DNA of 42,063 bases from Octopus sinensis. Lineage: Eukaryota. Position 1 is the stretch's first letter, and each line of letters opens with the position of its first letter. A program made the position numbers and the translations under genes. This document shows positions 37,257-42,063 of this stretch, in pieces. The stretch is taken from positions 1 through 42,063 of the forward strand of contig NW_021828046.1 in the NCBI RefSeq assembly GCF_006345805.1, in the 5' to 3' direction. Under the pieces are notes generated by a model that worked only from the letters and a program-made list of their open reading frames with translations, had not been told where the DNA came from and searched no databases.

Positions 37257-37563
37257 CATACTTGCATACATACATACATACATACATACATACATACTTG
37301 CATACATACATACATACATACATACATGCATACATACATAAGATATATTGATAGATATATAGATATATCAATAAATATATATGTACATAGGCATACTGAT
37401 ATTGATATATCCATATGTGTGTGTGTGTGTAGTTTGAATATGAATATATATATATATGTTGTGTGAGTAAATATATATATATATATATGTATGTATGTAT
37501 GTATATATATATTACTATTTTACAAATCTCCCAAAGAGAGACATTCAGCAACAACCCTTTAAA

Positions 37564-37820
37564 GCAAAGACTATTTGCCATCATAATGTGGCAGTCCTGC
37601 ATGGGATGAATGCCACTATTGCTCAGCTCCATGAAAAGTCTTCTCCAGCTGGCTATATGACACAGTATCTGTGTCCTTATATTTACTGTATGTACTGGAA
37701 AATATAAGGACACAGATACTGTGTCATATATCCAGCTGGAGACGACGCTTCCTTGCACTGAGCAACAGCAGCACTCATCCCATCCGGGACTGCCATGTTA
37801 TATTGGGAAATAGTCTTTGC
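37564..37820. repeat. ~260-bp fold-back (long inverted repeat, 15-nt loop)
   Basis: GCAAAGACTATTT ... AAATAGTCTTTGC. The inner stem 37642-37684 / 37700-37742 pairs at 42 of 43 positions. Confidence 0.85.
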
Positions 37821-37825
37821 CTTGC

Positions 37826-37873
<48 letters not shown>

Positions 37874-38026
37874 GTGGGGGTTATGAGAGGTAATGGTGTC
37901 AATAAGACCCAAAGGTGTCAGGTAATGCTGAGTAGGTGCTATGGACAGGCTATAGTTATGCTCCAGGTTTGGTGATTATGCGAATGAGGAGTCCAACGTA
38001 GGTCATATATTAGTATGCGTATATAT

Positions 38027-38347
38027 AATTTTCAGAATCAGATAAAAATCAAAGGCTGTGAAAGATTTTGGAACATATATAAATAGAAGGTCCATATATA
38101 TATATATACCATTCTTCCTAAATAATGGATCTACAGATGCAATATCCCTGCATATCTCACATCTATTTTCATTCCTCCACATCACCCTTTATTTCATATC
38201 TTCTCTAGAATAACTATTGCTTAACCATTTTCTCACACCATCTCCAATGAAGGGATATACAAAATATCCTGGAAATAGCTGCAAGACCATCTCTTTATAA
38301 ATGTTCTGAAATCTTTCACAGTCTTGGATTTTTATCTCATTCTGAAA

Positions 38348-38350
<3 letters not shown>
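38027..38350. mobile_element. MITE-like element with ~65-bp imperfect TIRs embedded in TA repeats
   Basis: AATTTTCAGAATCAGATAAAAATCAAAGGCTGTGAAAGATTT... at 38027 and its diverged reverse complement ending at 38350. Confidence 0.6.
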
Positions 38351-38384
<34 letters not shown>

Positions 38385-38401
38385 TATATATATATATATA
38401 T

Positions 38402-38443
<42 letters not shown>

Positions 38444-38829
38444 TGATAGATAGATAGATAGACAGATAGATAGATTAAACAGATAGACAGACAGACAGAC
38501 ATTTAGATGTGCGTATATGAATATACATGGGAGAAAATACACATCATAGCTCACTGCTTACTCTTTACACTTACAGAGTACAATGCACCTTGTCTGTCTG
38601 GTATGTTGGTGCCATGACAGAAAGCCTTTCTCACTCCAACCTGGGTCCTACTGCATACCCTTTAAATTGGTTGGCAGGAGAGCTCATAACAGGGGCCGTA
38701 TTTGGGTACCCGTAGCCTAATTCCGAGTGAGTGGGTATAAATTAAAAGAAGAGAAAAACAAAATCAAAATCAAAATCCTACTTTGATTTTGTTTTCTTCT
38801 TCCTTTAATTTATATATATATGGGCATAC

Positions 38830-39060
38830 AAATATGTGTGTTTTTTTTGTGTGTTTGTCCTCCACTACCACCTGACAACTGGTTTTGGTGTGTATATGTC
38901 ACTGTAACTTAGCAGTTCATCAAAAGTATCCAACAGAACAAGTAGCAGACTTTAAAAACATCAAAAAATGTGCTGGTGTCAGTTTGTTTGACTATAAAGC
39001 TTCAAGGTGGTGCCCCAGCATGGTCGCAGTCTCATTACAAAGATAAAAGATAAAAGAAAA
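38830..39060 (+). mobile_element. Family D SINE 3' half
   Basis: GTGTTTGTCC...GTAACTTAGCAGTTC...GGTGCCCCAGCATGGTCGCAGTC, (AAAGAT)n tail. Confidence 0.7.
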
Positions 39061-39788
39061 AAGAAAAAAGTGATATACATAACATATAATATACATGTGT
39101 GTGTGTATGTATTTATGTGTCTGTGTGTTTGTGCATATATATGTGTGTATATATATGTGTGTGTGTGTGTATGTATGATTTTATGCATGTTTGCATGTAT
39201 GTGTGTTTGTATGTATGTATAGGCTTTACTGTTGTGTTCTGATATATGTTTGTGAGTGAAAAATGTGTGTGTGTATGTGTGTGTGCATGTGTGTGTGTGT
39301 GTGTCTGTGTGTGTGTGTGTGCATGTGTGTGTGCATGTGTGTGTGCGCACACTTGTGTATTCATGCATGTTTTTTATATTCAGCGCTATGCATTACTGCA
39401 TTTTGCATCTACATATACATTTTTTTTCCCTCCTTTCTTCCAATTGTTTATCTTACCATTATTTTAATTCCCCTTCCCTTATCACCATTATTTATTCTTC
39501 GATCTGTCAAGCACCATGCACTGGCAAGCAATTCCTCATCACCAGAAAGACAGTGCATCTAGCTTCCATGCACCCTCTTCGGTAGAGTTTGGTATGGCAG
39601 CATGAGTTGAAAAGACTGTTTCATAAAACCATGTGATTCTAGCTTCAATACTGCCGGGCAATCAGAACCTTAGACATAGACAAGCATCTTCTGCTGCAAT
39701 CTCTGCCTTGGAGGTGGCGGGGGGGGGGCAACCAGTATCTTGTGAATGGTATCTGGTGGTTGGATATGGCACAGGAAAGGGTAGGATT

Positions 39789-39829
<41 letters not shown>

Positions 39830-40255
39830 AATGCTATCATCATCATTAACAGCAGCAGCAGAAACGGCACTTTCATCACCATCATCATCATCAACATTAT
39901 TATCATTATCACCATCAGCAGCAGCATCCTCATCATCATTGTCCTCAACATCATCATTGTCATCATCATCATCATCAGAAGCAGCATCTTTAACATTCAT
40001 CTTTTCGTTGTGCATAAATCAGACAAATTATTTGCAGCAGATTTCCTGTGGTCAGATGCTCTTCTTGTCACCCAATGACCAGCTTTCCAAGCAATGTAAG
40101 ATAGATTTCCCACCAAGACACATCATCGCAGAGAACTGGAGATGAACAACCTCGCTTGTATGATACTCATTTACAATCATCATTTGAAGTACAGACAACG
40201 GTACACACATGCAAACACAAACATACATACATGGATACATTTTATTTTATTTATT

Positions 40256-40550
40256 TATTTGCCTTTTTCAAGCCTAGCCAGGCTCATGGGCCTGGTTTCC
40301 CAGTTTCTGTGGCGTATGAGTTCCCCACCCAGCTGGACGGGACGCCAGTCCATCACAGCATTACTCAAGAAACAGGAAGAAAGTTGGGGCGAAAGAGTAC
40401 AACAGGGGTCACCACCACCCCCTGCCGGGGCCTCATTGGTGCTTTAGATGTTTTTGCTCAATAAACACACACAACGCCCGGTCTGGGAATCGAAACCACG
40501 ATCTTCCGACCGTGAGTTCACTGCCCTAAACACTGGGTCATTGCGCCTCC
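40256..40550 (-). mobile_element. tRNA-derived SINE (head H1 + tail T2)
   Basis: The head is the reverse complement of 3809-4005. The tail differs (CTGGACGGGACGCCAGTCCATC on plus) and ends in (TAAA)n. Confidence 0.85.
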
Positions 40551-40566
40551 ACACATACATACATTT

Positions 40567-40656
<90 letters not shown>

Positions 40657-40788
40657 TATATATATATATAAAGTCATAAATGAAGAGAAATAGTTTGGTG
40701 CAATTTTACTTAAAATAAAAAAAATTCTAACATCACCAGAAATTGTTTTGTAACCTAAAGCATGTAAGTAATTTTATATAATTTAATT

Positions 40789-40832
<44 letters not shown>

Positions 40833-41017
40833 TTTATTTAAAGCTGCAGAAAATCAACAAAACCTGTTACTCTGAGTTTCACGTTGCCGGCAATGTGAAA
40901 CTCAGAGTAACAGGTTTGTTGAATTTTCTGCTGCTTTAAATAAAATATTTATCTATACCACCACTGGTATTTGAGTACCCTTTTTTCCACCTTGTTTCAC
41001 ATTTATGTGTTTACTCC

Positions 41018-41020
<3 letters not shown>
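40833..41020. mobile_element. Penelope-type 3' end with inverted duplication (112-bp palindrome), inserted in (TA)n
   Basis: Palindrome 40833-40944 centred on GCC|GGC with no spacer. Each arm carries the 3' half of a hammerhead (GAAA-CTCAGA-GTA). The plus arm continues to 41020, then (TA)n. Confidence 0.6.
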
Positions 41021-41106
<86 letters not shown>

Positions 41107-41449
41107 ATATATTATATATAATATATATATATATTATATATATATAATATATATAAAGTCATAATGAGAGAGAAATAGTTTTTGGTGCAATTTTACTTAA
41201 CAATAAAAAAATTCTAACATCACCAAAATTGTTTTGTAACCTAAAGCATGTAAGTAATTTACATTATTATATTTAATGATAAAGAAATTACTTATTTGTC
41301 TGCGTCAATGCAAAATGCGAAACAATCTTTATAACTCCTTTTCGTTTTCTCTTGTATAGTTTGATATATTATATGTTTTGTAAAATGATACATTAAGGAG
41401 TCTTTTTATGAGTACCGCTGGATTAGTTGAATCCATATATTGGGACTTA

Positions 41450-41595
41450 TATCATCATCATCATCATCGTTTAACGTCCGCTTTCCATGCTAGCATGGGT
41501 TGGACGATTTGACTGAGGGCTGGCGAACCAGATGTCTGCACCAGGCTCCAATCTCAATCTGGCAGAGTTTCTACAGCTGGATGCCCTTCCTTACA
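41450..41595 (-). mobile_element. RTE-tail retroposon fragment
   Basis: Close match to 28786-28925. Confidence 0.85.
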
Positions 41596-41619
41596 CAATA
41601 TATATATATATGCACTTAA

Positions 41620-42035
41620 TGTGTGGTAAGAAGTATGCTTCCAAATCACCTGGTCCCATGTTCAATCTTACTGCATGTCACTATGGGCAAGCGTCAGCAA
41701 CTATAGACTCAGATAAACCAAAGCCTTGTGAGTGGATTTGGTAGAGAGAAACTGAAAGAGGCCCATCGTAATGTGTGTGTGTGTGTGTGTGTGCACGTGT
41801 GTGTGTCTATGAGGTTGTATCTCTTTGTCTTGACATTGTGTAATATTTGTACAAGCAATGTCGTTCCTTTTCAATATACTTTGAGATCATGTCTACTGGT
41901 CAGGGGAAAATATCTCCTTGCTTGCAAACAGGTGAAGGTTCGGGACAAGAAGGGCACCCAGCCATAGAATAACTGCATCATCAATATACTTCATCCAACC
42001 CATGCAAGCATGGAAAATTGGAAGTTAAAAATGAG
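41620..42035 (+). mobile_element. SINE with family D head but RTE-type tail
   Basis: D head (AAAGCCTTGTGAGTGGATTTGGTAGA), then AGAAGGGCACCCAGCC...CCAACCCATGCAAGCATGGAAAA...GTTAAAA. Related bodies occur inverted at 18390-18605 and 39985-40190. Confidence 0.7.
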
Positions 42036-42063
42036 ATAATGATGATTATGATAATACATAAAT

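Noticed and set aside
38189-38345. Apparent minus-strand exon after TTTTCAG (NEIKIQDCERFQ...)
   Set aside because: The acceptor-like sequence is part of an inverted repeat duplicated at 38027-38092, where the frame has a stop.
1-42063. Most ORFs in the supplied track (YI/HT/CV/poly-I/poly-L/poly-T)
   Set aside because: They are translations of di-, tri- and tetranucleotide microsatellites that lack stops in some frames.

Overview
Eukaryotic, AT-rich, repeat-saturated non-coding DNA, probably intronic or intergenic. The repeat families resemble those of Octopus (coleoid cephalopod); this is recognition, not a database result. Nearly all listed ORFs are microsatellite artefacts, and there is no intact gene, only one plausible internal exon (21781-21949). 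Contents: several tRNA-derived SINE families, decayed LINE ends (R4/Dong, Tx1/L1, three RTE types), a Penelope-like GIY-YIG relic, a deleted DD37D mariner, and piggyBac, hAT, Tigger, Helitron and Helentron-type non-autonomous elements. The most striking feature is at 979-2138: a non-coding ~470-nt unit present as head-to-tail multimers in two inverted blocks, inserted in (TA)n. Each block carries a complete type I hammerhead ribozyme fold, making this a candidate retrozyme (circRNA-forming, Penelope-mobilised element). Three further loci (5.9, 32.2-33.1 and 40.8 kb) carry degenerate or partial hammerheads of the Penelope type. A Tx1-like LINE 3' tail is also shared with a Meta-type SINE family.
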